Shown piece after piece: positions 7,609 through 15,134 of a DNA stretch of 30,091 nt (within the stretch, counting starts at the first letter, position 1; each line of letters begins with the position of its first letter). The notes under the pieces were generated by a model. It had not been told where the DNA came from. It saw only the letters and a list, made by a program, of their open reading frames with translations, and ran no database searches. Location of the stretch: IMG/VR virus record IMGVR_UViG_3300025529_000005. One strand, written 5' to 3'. Position numbers and translations under genes: made by a program. The stretch is from an uncultured virus (IMG/VR IMGVR_UViG_3300025529_000005) (Duplodnaviria > Heunggongvirae > Uroviricota > Caudoviricetes).

Positions 7609-8958
7609 ATGATGAGAGCAGCTCTTTACTTGAGAGTATCCACACAAGAACAAACTGAAAACTACAGCATCGAGGCGCAGCGTGAGCGCCTCGAAGCCTA
7701 TTGCAAGTCGAAAGGCTGGACGGTCTATAATGTCTATGTAGATGGCGGATACTCCGGCGCAAACATAAACCGACCGGCATTACAGCAGATGCTCGCCGAT
7801 CTACCCAATATCGATGTTGTCCTCGTCTATCGCCTCGATCGCCTTTCTCGATCACAGCGTGACACACTCACATTAATCGAGGACTACTTCTTAAAAGCTA
7901 ATGTCGACTTTGTCTCCATCACCGAGACGCTGGATACGTCCACGCCGTTTGGCAAAGCCATGATCGGGATCCTGTCCGTCTTTGCTCAACTGGAGCGCGA
8001 GACGATCACTGAGCGTATGAGACTCGGTCAGATCAAACGCGCGGAGGAGGGGCTAGCTGCAATGGGCGGCGACTACGATCCCGCTGGTTACGCTCGACAA
8101 GATGGCAAGCTGATCATCAAACCGGACGAAGCGGAGCACATCCGCACCGCATATAATCTATATGAGCAGCTCCTGTCTATCACCAAAGTCCAGCGGGAGC
8201 TAAAGCGGCTAGGGTACCCGGTCTGGCGGTTTAGACGTTATCGGGATATACTATCCAACCGCTTGTACTGCGGATACGTGAGTTACGCTGGGCAGCACTA
8301 CCGCGGACAACACGAGCCGATTATAAGCGAGGAGCAGTTTGAGCGAGTGCAAGCGCTTTTGAGCCGGCATCGAGGGCATAATGCGCACAAAGCAAAGCAA
8401 AGTTTGTTTTCCGGCCTGATCCGTTGCGGTTGGTGCGGTGAGACTTACGTGTCGTACCATACATCTAAGAGCAAGTACGGCGTATACCGATACTATATTT
8501 GCCGCGCGAAACGTTTCCCAAGCGAGTACGACCGCAAGTGCACTAATCGGACATGGAATGTTAAAAAGTTAGAAGAGATCGTGCAGCATGAGCTAGCTTC
8601 AATTACGCTCGATAAAGAGATGAGTGAGCGTAAATCAAAGAGAATAGATTACAACAAGTTAATAAAAAATGTCGATGTGAAGATCGAGCGAATATTATCG
8701 CTATACGCAGATGGGGGAATAGATCGTACGGCTTTGGATCGGCAAATCGAGAAGCTAAATAGGGAAAAGAATCAGTTGCTACACGATCAGATAAATCAAG
8801 GTGTAGTTGAAAAGAAACGAATCACTAAAGAAGAGTTAGAAAAATACCGGGTAGACCTTACGCGATCCGACTTTGAGACCAAGCAGGCGATCGTTGAAAA
8901 GCTGATAAAATCAATAACCATTAACGATAAATCCGTCTCTATTGAGTGGCTTTTTTAA
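7609..8958 (+). CDS. Large serine recombinase (integrase)
   Basis: YLRVST catalytic Ser, DRLSR, recombinase domain, Zn ribbon CGWCG..YYIC..C, coiled coil. Confidence 0.95.
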   Translation: MMRAALYLRVSTQEQTENYSIEAQRERLEAYCKSKGWTVYNVYVDGGYSGANINRPALQQMLADLPNIDVVLVYRLDRLSRSQRDTLTLIEDYFLKANVDFVSITETLDTSTPFGKAMIGILSVFAQLERETITERMRLGQIKRAEEGLAAMGGDYDPAGYARQDGKLIIKPDEAEHIRTAYNLYEQLLSITKVQRELKRLGYPVWRFRRYRDILSNRLYCGYVSYAGQHYRGQHEPIISEEQFERVQALLSRHRGHNAHKAKQSLFSGLIRCGWCGETYVSYHTSKSKYGVYRYYICRAKRFPSEYDRKCTNRTWNVKKLEEIVQHELASITLDKEMSERKSKRIDYNKLIKNVDVKIERILSLYADGGIDRTALDRQIEKLNREKNQLLHDQINQGVVEKKRITKEELEKYRVDLTRSDFETKQAIVEKLIKSITINDKSVSIEWLF

Positions 8959-8968
8959 TTGCGAAGTC

Positions 8969-9018
8969 TTTACGTATTCATTACTGGCTACTGTGGGAGC
9001 AGGAAACGAGTACGTAAA
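8969..9018. other. attP of the serine integrase (50-bp imperfect inverted repeat)
   Basis: TTTACGTATTCATTACTGGCT-actgtggg-AGCAGGAAACGAGTACGTAAA, 10 bp downstream of the integrase stop; central dinucleotide GT at 8993-8994. Confidence 0.75.
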
Positions 9019-9021
9019 CAG

Positions 9022-9061
9022 AAAATCCCCCGCAGCGGTGCATCCGCTGAAGGGGGATTTT
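9022..9061. terminator. Bidirectional intrinsic terminator between integrase and lipoprotein genes
   Basis: AAAATCCCCC-g-CAGCGG-tgcat-CCGCTG-aa-GGGGGATTTT. Confidence 0.8.
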
Positions 9062-9063
9062 GA

Positions 9064-9615
9064 TTATTGACCAATATCGCTTCTCTCGATCCGCCAGATG
9101 GCTTGCCCGCTTGTGAACGGATTGGAGAAAATGAACTCGTAGTAATCAGAATCAGGAACGTCAAATGCAACTTCACCGCGCATCTTTCGCCCAGGTGCGA
9201 CTTCTCCGTCTAGGGATCCTTTCGCATCTGGGTACAGAGCAATGTCATATGAGTAGCTATCTGCGTCCATCAGTTCCATTTGCATCAAAGTGGAAATATG
9301 TTCCGATTCAGTGCCTACATTCTCGATTGTCAAATCTACCAACAGATATTTATCGTTACTTGGGGTGAAAAATTCTGCCCCCTCTACCTCAGTTACACCG
9401 TGCAGAGTTATATGGAGATCGTCGAATTTAACTGTATCTCCAACCACGAATATCTCTGGTGCATTAGAGACCGGCTCCTCCCCTTTTTGCTCTTGTTTTT
9501 GCTCTTGACTACTCGCGTCTGCAGAATTCGCGCTAGGGTCAACCTTTTCTATGGTTGAGTCGGAGCAACCTACGATTACCATAAAGACTACGATCAGCGC
9601 CAGTATTCTTTTCAT
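9064..9615 (-). CDS. DUF4352-like lipoprotein (candidate superinfection exclusion)
   Basis: Signal peptide with lipobox IVGC; Ig-like domain YLLVDLTIENVG..GEVAPGRKMRGEVAFDVP; RBS GAGGAGG. Confidence 0.85.
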   Translation of the reverse strand: MKRILALIVVFMVIVGCSDSTIEKVDPSANSADASSQEQKQEQKGEEPVSNAPEIFVVGDTVKFDDLHITLHGVTEVEGAEFFTPSNDKYLLVDLTIENVGTESEHISTLMQMELMDADSYSYDIALYPDAKGSLDGEVAPGRKMRGEVAFDVPDSDYYEFIFSNPFTSGQAIWRIERSDIGQ

Positions 9616-9640
9616 CTACTAAACCTCCTCACAATAATAA

Positions 9641-9697
9641 ATCCCCGCGACAGGTGCTTCCTGCTCACGAGGATCGCGTGCCGGTGCTTCCGGCCAC
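9641..9697 (-). promoter_or_regulatory. Structured 5' leader with two GGAAGCACC-capped hairpins
   Basis: GCCGG-AAGCA-CCGGC and ATCCTCGTGA-g-CAGG-AAGCA-CCTG-TCGCGGGGAT followed by a U-rich run. Confidence 0.65.
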
Positions 9698-9703
9698 AAC
9701 ACC

Positions 9704-9732
9704 AATATACAATGTTCGCCATGACTGGTCAA
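9704..9732 (-). promoter_or_regulatory. SigA promoter for the lipoprotein gene
   Basis: TTGACC-17-TATATT. Confidence 0.7.
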
Positions 9733-9881
9733 CCCTTCCCTGCGTTTTCTCGCTGCAACCAAAACCTCTCATATCCCCGCACGCACTTATTGCACCGTTC
9801 GCAGATCAGGACCCTGACACCGTCCGTGATCCAGCGTGGCTTGATGTCAGCTTTACAGTCGCAAACCGGTACTCCGTACAT
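9729..9881 (-). CDS. 50-aa Zn-ribbon-like protein
   Basis: MYGVPVCDCKADIKPRWITDGVRVLICERCNKCVRGYERFWLQRENAGKG; RBS GGGTGA. Confidence 0.5.
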   Translation of the reverse strand: MYGVPVCDCKADIKPRWITDGVRVLICERCNKCVRGYERFWLQRENAGKG

Positions 9882-9919
9882 GTCGATCACCCAAAAAATC
9901 TTTTTAAAAAATTTTTCCT

Positions 9920-9956
9920 TAAATGTATTGCTAACAATACGTTTATGTGATATATT
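9920..9956 (+). promoter_or_regulatory. SigA promoter with an inverted-repeat operator over the -35
   Basis: TTGCTA(9928)-17-TATATT(9951) with extended TG; palindrome TAAATGTATTG-ctaa-CAATACGTTTA (9920-9945); A/T-tract upstream. Confidence 0.75.
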
Positions 9957-9997
9957 ATAAGTGTAAGGAAAACAATACAGTAACGGAGGCGGTAACG

Positions 9998-10396
9998 ATG
10001 AAAAGATTCATTAGGCTTGATGTAAAGGGTACGTGGATGGGACGCGATCATATCAGCACGGCAGGCGATGGATACTACGAAGAGCCAGGCATTTCCTGCT
10101 ATAGATTCGATGCTGAGGGTGTCAAGAACCTCATCAGGTACTGGCGAGAATACTGCTCCAACTACAGAGTTGAGGACTATGTTGACATGCAGCTGACGGT
10201 GTTCGCCGGTGAGTATGTCGGGTGGGGAACAGACGCAGAAGATTGCGCAACCTGTGAGGAGACGCTGGCCGAACTGGCCGGCGCGGAGTTTTACAAAATG
10301 TTCCTTAACCTCGAAAATCGCTGGTTTAACGAGGAGATCACGGAAGACGGGATCTACGAGGAGCTTGCAAAGTGGATTGAGGAGGCGATCGCATGA
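9998..10396 (+). CDS. Acidic hypothetical protein (132 aa), candidate anti-defence protein
   Basis: RBS GGAGG before ATG 9998; about 28 D/E versus 13 K/R. Confidence 0.8.
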   Translation: MKRFIRLDVKGTWMGRDHISTAGDGYYEEPGISCYRFDAEGVKNLIRYWREYCSNYRVEDYVDMQLTVFAGEYVGWGTDAEDCATCEETLAELAGAEFYKMFLNLENRWFNEEITEDGIYEELAKWIEEAIA

Positions 10397-10842
10397 GTCG
10401 CCTCCTCATCAAGGGGTCTGATCCGTCAGAGCTGCTCGATCGGGCCCAGGAACGAGTCGTCGAGCTGGTGGAAGGTGCCGAACGTCTGGAGGTTGACGGT
10501 TTTGAGCGGATCGGCCCGCTGACCCGATATCACTACGAGGTGCAGGATCGTGACATGAACCAGATTGCAAAGGTCACCATCGACGTATATCCCGACGAGG
10601 ACGATGAGCTGATCGCGGAAATCGTCGGAATCCCAGCACCGGCGCCGATCTGGATCGTTTACACCTCACGCGAGGCAGCGCGTCTGTGGAAATTGTCAGA
10701 AAACACGGTCACGCAGTGGTGCAACAGGCGCAGATTCCTACCGTCAGAGGCCCGCAAATCCGAAAAAACCTGGATCGTGTCGCACACGGGTATGGTTCGG
10801 CTGACAGGGAGGGAGCCGGATGATGAGTCTCGAAAAAATTGA
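10393..10842 (+). CDS. Acidic N-terminal domain fused to a C-terminal HTH
   Basis: YTSREAARLWKLSENTVTQWC..EARKSEKTWIVS; ATGA overlap; RBS GGAGG. Confidence 0.85.
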   Translation: MSRLLIKGSDPSELLDRAQERVVELVEGAERLEVDGFERIGPLTRYHYEVQDRDMNQIAKVTIDVYPDEDDELIAEIVGIPAPAPIWIVYTSREAARLWKLSENTVTQWCNRRRFLPSEARKSEKTWIVSHTGMVRLTGREPDDESRKN

Positions 10843-11662
10843 GCGGCGTATGTGGAATGACATGCGCCGCGAATGGGATTTCATCGATAAGATTTATGTC
10901 GATCACGAGGAATTCGAGAGGCTGAAACAAGTCCGGTTGTCACAAGATGAAATATCACCCGTGCTCGAAGCGCTATTTCGACCTGAGAAGAAAATGTTCC
11001 TTGACGACATTGTTTTTATCGTTTCAAAAGACGACAATTTGAAGCGGATTATCCACCTCCACCAGGCTGGGGATGATCGGGCGGCGTTGACCGTCTATGA
11101 CGGTGACGGTCGACTTTTCGGAAAGGCTTCGATCACTATCGACGGCGATCATGTTAACGTCCGACCAGACCCGTCCACCCCAGTCGGTGTGCGATATTTT
11201 GAGCGATATGCGAAAAGCATCGCATCACAAATGCCGATAGGACAGTTGAGCAAGAAAAATCAGTCTGAGATCATTCAGCAGTCCGTCATTCGTCGCATGT
11301 ATCCTCGAATCGAGGAAGTTGTCTATTTTATCCTTAGCGCGATACATCAAGCTCTGACAGCGGTTGAGATCAGGCAAATCGACACCGATGATGAATTGAC
11401 AGGTGAAGAAGCAAAAAAATCTCATACAAGAACACCTCACCTGAAACATCGAGCAGCAAAAAAGCTGCATCGACTTATCTATGAAGGTCGAGCAGTCTCG
11501 AAAAATTTATCGAAAAAACAGTATATCAAACGAGTCGCGGCCTGGAAAGTCCGCGGTCACTACCGCACCTACCCGAGCGGAAAACGTGTGTGGGTCAAAC
11601 CTTACGTCAAGGGCTGGAAATCGGAAAAATTCCGCCCCCTCGGTTCGGAATACAGGTTGTAA
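10820..11662 (+). CDS. Hypothetical phage protein with basic C-terminal VRGHYR..W.KPY.KG motif
   Basis: RBS GGAGGGAG; 280-aa ORF overlapping the HTH gene. Confidence 0.8.
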   Translation: MMSLEKIERRMWNDMRREWDFIDKIYVDHEEFERLKQVRLSQDEISPVLEALFRPEKKMFLDDIVFIVSKDDNLKRIIHLHQAGDDRAALTVYDGDGRLFGKASITIDGDHVNVRPDPSTPVGVRYFERYAKSIASQMPIGQLSKKNQSEIIQQSVIRRMYPRIEEVVYFILSAIHQALTAVEIRQIDTDDELTGEEAKKSHTRTPHLKHRAAKKLHRLIYEGRAVSKNLSKKQYIKRVAAWKVRGHYRTYPSGKRVWVKPYVKGWKSEKFRPLGSEYRL

Positions 11663-11707
11663 GTCAACCTATACAACCGATCGCGAATATGATGTTGCGC
11701 TCAACGT

Positions 11708-11734
11708 TTTCCCGGTATAGACCGGGAAATTTTT
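11708..11734 (+). terminator. Intrinsic terminator of the accessory operon
   Basis: TTTCCCGGT-atag-ACCGGGAAA-TTTTT. Confidence 0.75.
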
Positions 11735-11742
11735 ATCAATTG

Positions 11743-11774
11743 AGGTTGACAGACGTCAACCTGTAGTGTATAAG
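11743..11774 (+). promoter_or_regulatory. Orphan SigA promoter with perfect operator, facing the lysin 3' end
   Basis: AGGTTGAC-agac-GTCAACCT; TTGACA(11746)-17-TATAAG(11769). Confidence 0.55.
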
Positions 11775-11789
11775 CAGGCGGGGAATTGC

Positions 11790-12500
11790 TCATCTACCCA
11801 GTGCTCTGTACAGCATAACCCAAACCTCTTCCCGGGTCACAGGGTCCTGCGGCCGGCTACCATCCGTGATGCCCTGCTCCACCACCCATTTCCGAGCCCG
11901 GTCAAACTCTTCTCGCCAGCCGTTCGGTGACACAGGTGGTTTATACGTGTAACCGGCATGCTGGCAGAATGCCCTGACGGCCGCTTCTGCGTACTCTTTC
12001 CAATTGCGCTCGAGCAGATCCACGTCCGCTGAGTTGGTCGCAAATCCGTATTCGACGATTACCGTGCTGACGACCCCCGTCTCGCGATGCATGAAGTAAT
12101 AGTCAACTTGTGGATTGTTATCAAGTGACTTGCAGAAGACTCTGCGACCAGGCATGCCGGCATCTCTGATCGCGTTATAGATTGCGGTGGCCAGCTTGCC
12201 GTCCGAGTAGATGCTGTGGATCGTCTCCACGCCGCGAGCCGTTGAGCTGCCGGCAGCGTTAATATGATTGCTGATGCAATACTTAGCACCGCTATCACGC
12301 ACGATCTTGGTGCGATCTGCAGGCGATAAATACACGTCTTTGTCACGGGTTAGCGCGACGGGGACGCCAAGTTGCTTAAAGCGGTCGTACTGGTACAAGC
12401 TAATTTGCAGGACGAAATCCTTCTCAGCCCAGCGCTCGGTCGATCCGCCTCCGGGATCCTTGCCGCCGTGGCCAGGGTCGATGATGAGGGTCGGCTTCAT
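11790..12500 (-). CDS. Endolysin, N-acetylmuramoyl-L-alanine amidase (Amidase_3) with short SLH-like C-terminus
   Basis: IIDPGHGGKDPG, EK, SNHINA, IVEYGF; GITDGSRPQDPVTREEVWVMLYR. Confidence 0.95.
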   Translation of the reverse strand: MKPTLIIDPGHGGKDPGGGSTERWAEKDFVLQISLYQYDRFKQLGVPVALTRDKDVYLSPADRTKIVRDSGAKYCISNHINAAGSSTARGVETIHSIYSDGKLATAIYNAIRDAGMPGRRVFCKSLDNNPQVDYYFMHRETGVVSTVIVEYGFATNSADVDLLERNWKEYAEAAVRAFCQHAGYTYKPPVSPNGWREEFDRARKWVVEQGITDGSRPQDPVTREEVWVMLYRALGR

Positions 12501-12901
12501 TTTCCACCGCCCCCCTCGCCTTTACTCCGCAGCACTTCCACCGCCTGCTTAATGATACCAGGGATCGGCGCCCCTAGCCGACCAGCATTCTCGATCAAGC
12601 TCAGCAGCTCATTGGCTAAATAAAAGAAAATAGCAGCATCCCGAAACAGATGCGCCTCTCCTAGCGCAGAATCGACCAAATGAGCGACCGCCACGATCGC
12701 GAAAATCATGACTTTTTTTGCAATACCCCACAGCCCTACGTCACTCCGCAGCTTTCCCTCTTTCGCAGCCGCCAGCACTCCGGAGGTATAGTCTAGTACG
12801 ACGAATGTGAGAAGAATAGACAGCAACGACGACCAACCTCCGAACAAATATGATGTTGCGGCTCCTGCCACACCTATTAAGCCTTTAACGATTGTCTCCA
12901 T
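12497..12901 (-). CDS. Holin (Phage_holin_4_1 type)
   Basis: LFGGW..DYTSGVLAA..GIAKK..FYLANELLSLIENAGRLGAPIP; ATG 12901 with RBS GAGGAG. Confidence 0.92.
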   Translation of the reverse strand: METIVKGLIGVAGAATSYLFGGWSSLLSILLTFVVLDYTSGVLAAAKEGKLRSDVGLWGIAKKVMIFAIVAVAHLVDSALGEAHLFRDAAIFFYLANELLSLIENAGRLGAPIPGIIKQAVEVLRSKGEGGGGK

Positions 12902-12920
12902 TAGGATCACTCTCCTCGTA

Positions 12921-12952
12921 TAAAAAATTAAGAGAGCCGCATCAGCAGCTCT
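12921..12952 (-). terminator. Intrinsic terminator upstream of holin
   Basis: GAGAGCTGC-tgat-GCGGCTCTC-TTAATTTTTT. Confidence 0.6.
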
Positions 12953-13065
12953 CATGATTGACCTTGCGCGTCGAGCTCAGCCTGCACCGCAGCCTTTAGG
13001 TGCTCAGGCACATCCTCGATTGTGATCTTACCGAGCCTGATCTGTAACGCTAAAAACTTAGCCAC
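12952..13065 (-). CDS. CD1375/XkdX-like small tail-associated protein
   Basis: MAKFLALQIRLGKITIEDVPEHLKAAVQAELDAQGQS; RBS GGAGGTG. Confidence 0.7.
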   Translation of the reverse strand: MAKFLALQIRLGKITIEDVPEHLKAAVQAELDAQGQS

Positions 13066-13363
13066 CAAGGATCACCTCCAGCAGCGCGGCCTCCAATGCC
13101 TCGATGCGCTCTTTATCACTCACTGGCGTAGGTGCATCAGCAAGTCGCCACCCGTGCTCCTCGCTGTAGACAACCTCGCGCTCTTCCGTATACGCCCCCT
13201 CCGGCAGAGGATTAGTCGGCTGATCCTCATAGACCGCCTCGCTTATCAGGTTTCCTTCTTCGTCATACTCAGCAGGTGATACCTCAACGGGCTTTATCAT
13301 ATAGTCCCACTCGCCGATGTTGATCAGATTGCCGTTTGCATCAAACACACACGTCTTAAGCAT
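13058..13363 (-). CDS. Tail-fibre-associated (chaperone-like) protein
   Basis: RBS AGGAGG; C-terminal ERIEALEAALLE coil typical of genes following fibres. Confidence 0.7.
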   Translation of the reverse strand: MLKTCVFDANGNLINIGEWDYMIKPVEVSPAEYDEEGNLISEAVYEDQPTNPLPEGAYTEEREVVYSEEHGWRLADAPTPVSDKERIEALEAALLEVILGG

Positions 13364-13374
13364 GCTCATACCTC

Positions 13375-14346
13375 CTATTTCGCTGTCCATCCGGTGTTAC
13401 CGGTGCCGCTTGTCTTGACGTACAGTGTTGTGCTTGTACTACCGTCAGTTCGTAAATATAGTGATCCGACAGGCGCGGCTACAACTCCGTCAGGCGATCC
13501 CGAACCGATATATAATTTTGTCCCATCAAAGTTATACTTTCCGATTCCCTCAATGCGTATAGACCCATCAATATTGCCCTCATTCCTACGCACAATTTGA
13601 GCTTCACCAAAAGGACTTACCCCAATCTCAGTGCCATATACAACGTCAGAAACAACTCGCTCAGATCGCACATATCTAAAATTAGAACCATCTGATATAA
13701 CCAAACTTCCTGTCATCGTCCCGCCATTACTGCTAATTAGCTCGACCCAGGCCGACCAAGTAGCACCAGCGTCTGTACTTGATCTTACAAACACCCTGTC
13801 CCTATACTGATTTGCTGATGATGCAGTAAGCCATAATTGTGTAACTGTAGTATCAGATCTTCTCATGACGTAGATAGTTCCTGTCGTTTCTATTGGTCTG
13901 TTTAGAGCCGTTGATACAGCGTATTGTCCAGTCTCGATAACGTCATTTAAATCCGAATCAATAAAGCCTCCCTTTCCTCTGCCAGATGGAGAGGTTAACT
14001 CGAAGCGTTGCCAGTTAACTGTTTCCTCCTTGTGCGCAGCAAACTGCGCCTGCATATCCCGTGTTACATCTCCAGCTACGTTAATCTCGCGCTGCGGTGT
14101 GTAGCTCGGATCCAAATTGCGGATATCTACCAACTCCGGGTCTTTATCGGGACCTCCACCAACTATGATATTATCAACACGTTGATCAACATACTCAACT
14201 GCTGCCTCGCGATCTGCAATCTCTTGCGATAAATCGGCTTGCAATTGATCAACGTCCTGCTGCACCAGGTCAAATCCGGTATTGATCTTCTGCCATTCGT
14301 CCTTGATTTTATTGCTCCCTACCAGATTAGCGTATCGGTTTGCCAC
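13375..14346 (-). CDS. Tail fibre / receptor-binding protein
   Basis: N-terminal coil; knob-like DLNDVIETGQY..TWSAW; C-terminal GSGSPDGVVAAPVGSLYLRTDG..TLYVKTSGTGNTGW. Confidence 0.8.
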   Translation of the reverse strand: MANRYANLVGSNKIKDEWQKINTGFDLVQQDVDQLQADLSQEIADREAAVEYVDQRVDNIIVGGGPDKDPELVDIRNLDPSYTPQREINVAGDVTRDMQAQFAAHKEETVNWQRFELTSPSGRGKGGFIDSDLNDVIETGQYAVSTALNRPIETTGTIYVMRRSDTTVTQLWLTASSANQYRDRVFVRSSTDAGATWSAWVELISSNGGTMTGSLVISDGSNFRYVRSERVVSDVVYGTEIGVSPFGEAQIVRRNEGNIDGSIRIEGIGKYNFDGTKLYIGSGSPDGVVAAPVGSLYLRTDGSTSTTLYVKTSGTGNTGWTAK

Positions 14347-14524
14347 GCTGATCAGCCTCCTCTATGACTTTGAGATGTCCGTTGATCGCCTTCGACAGCT
14401 CTATAAGGATCTCACGCTCTCGGCCTGGCCACGATTGCAGTACTGATGCAATCACGGTGCAGAGCTCTGGCACCGGCTGAGATACATCGATCTCGGCATG
14501 CAAGTGTTGGGTGATCTTAGCCAC
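14327..14524 (-). CDS. Hypothetical protein (65 aa)
   Basis: RBS AAAGGA; overlaps the fibre start. Confidence 0.65.
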   Translation of the reverse strand: MAKITQHLHAEIDVSQPVPELCTVIASVLQSWPGREREILIELSKAINGHLKVIEEADQRGKPIR

Positions 14525-14549
14525 AGTCGATCAGTCCTTTCTAGGTATA

Positions 14550-14582
14550 ATAAAAGACGCTCCCGTTTTACGGGGCGTCTCT
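14550..14582 (-). terminator. Terminator after the moron gene
   Basis: AGACGCCCCG-taaaa-CGGGAGCGTCT-TTTATT. Confidence 0.6.
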
Positions 14583-14593
14583 GTGTATGGGGG

Positions 14594-15067
14594 TTATTCG
14601 GTTGTCTGAAGCTCTGATAATCTCCGCTCATATTCGGCTATCTGCTGTTCCAATTCAGCAATCTGCTTTTTTAATCCTTCTGGTTCGTAGCCGTTTTGTC
14701 TGTCTTGATCTAACGCGAACCGCAGTTTTTCGAGCAAATCATTGCCGCTTGCGATATTACGTTTCAACTCCTCGATCATTTGATGAGTTGTGATCAAATC
14801 GTCACCTTCTTTTGACGCTTCCGGCGTCCGTATTATCACTTCACCATCCCAATCAACTTCCTTACCGAGAGCCTCTGCAAATGCACGAACTGGCGCATAC
14901 GTAACTCCTTCGAAGCCTATAGCCTTAACATCTAGATATTCACCGTCTAGCTTGATAGGGACTTCCACTTCCACTGTTTTTCCTACCATAGTAAAGCTGT
15001 CTGCCAAAGCACTAATCGGGAGAGCGATGCAAAGACCCGAAATCAGACCAAGAAAGAACTTTTTCAT
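14594..15067 (-). CDS. Secreted stalk-domain (copper amine oxidase N-terminal-like) protein, moron
   Basis: Signal peptide MKKFFLGLISGLCIALPISALA; GVTYAPVRAFAEALGKEVDWDG; C-terminal coiled coil; own extended -10 TGGTATAAT at 15107-15099. Confidence 0.8.
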   Translation of the reverse strand: MKKFFLGLISGLCIALPISALADSFTMVGKTVEVEVPIKLDGEYLDVKAIGFEGVTYAPVRAFAEALGKEVDWDGEVIIRTPEASKEGDDLITTHQMIEELKRNIASGNDLLEKLRFALDQDRQNGYEPEGLKKQIAELEQQIAEYERRLSELQTTE

Positions 15068-15134
15068 ACGACCCACCTCAAACATCAAATTTTCAGATAT
15101 TATACCATATTATTTGCACATTTTTAAGGTGGGA

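Noticed and set aside
9641..9697. GGTGCTTCC repeats as a mini-CRISPR array
   Set aside because: Repeats are only about 9-13 nt with no repeat-spacer periodicity; better explained as RNA hairpins
9705..9718. SOS (Cheo) box in the lipoprotein promoter, also considered near 11684
   Set aside because: Only a CGAAC or CGAAT half-site; no correctly spaced GTTC
13375..14346. Diversity-generating retroelement or invertible fibre cassette
   Set aside because: No reverse transcriptase, template repeat, invertase or inverted fibre copies in the window
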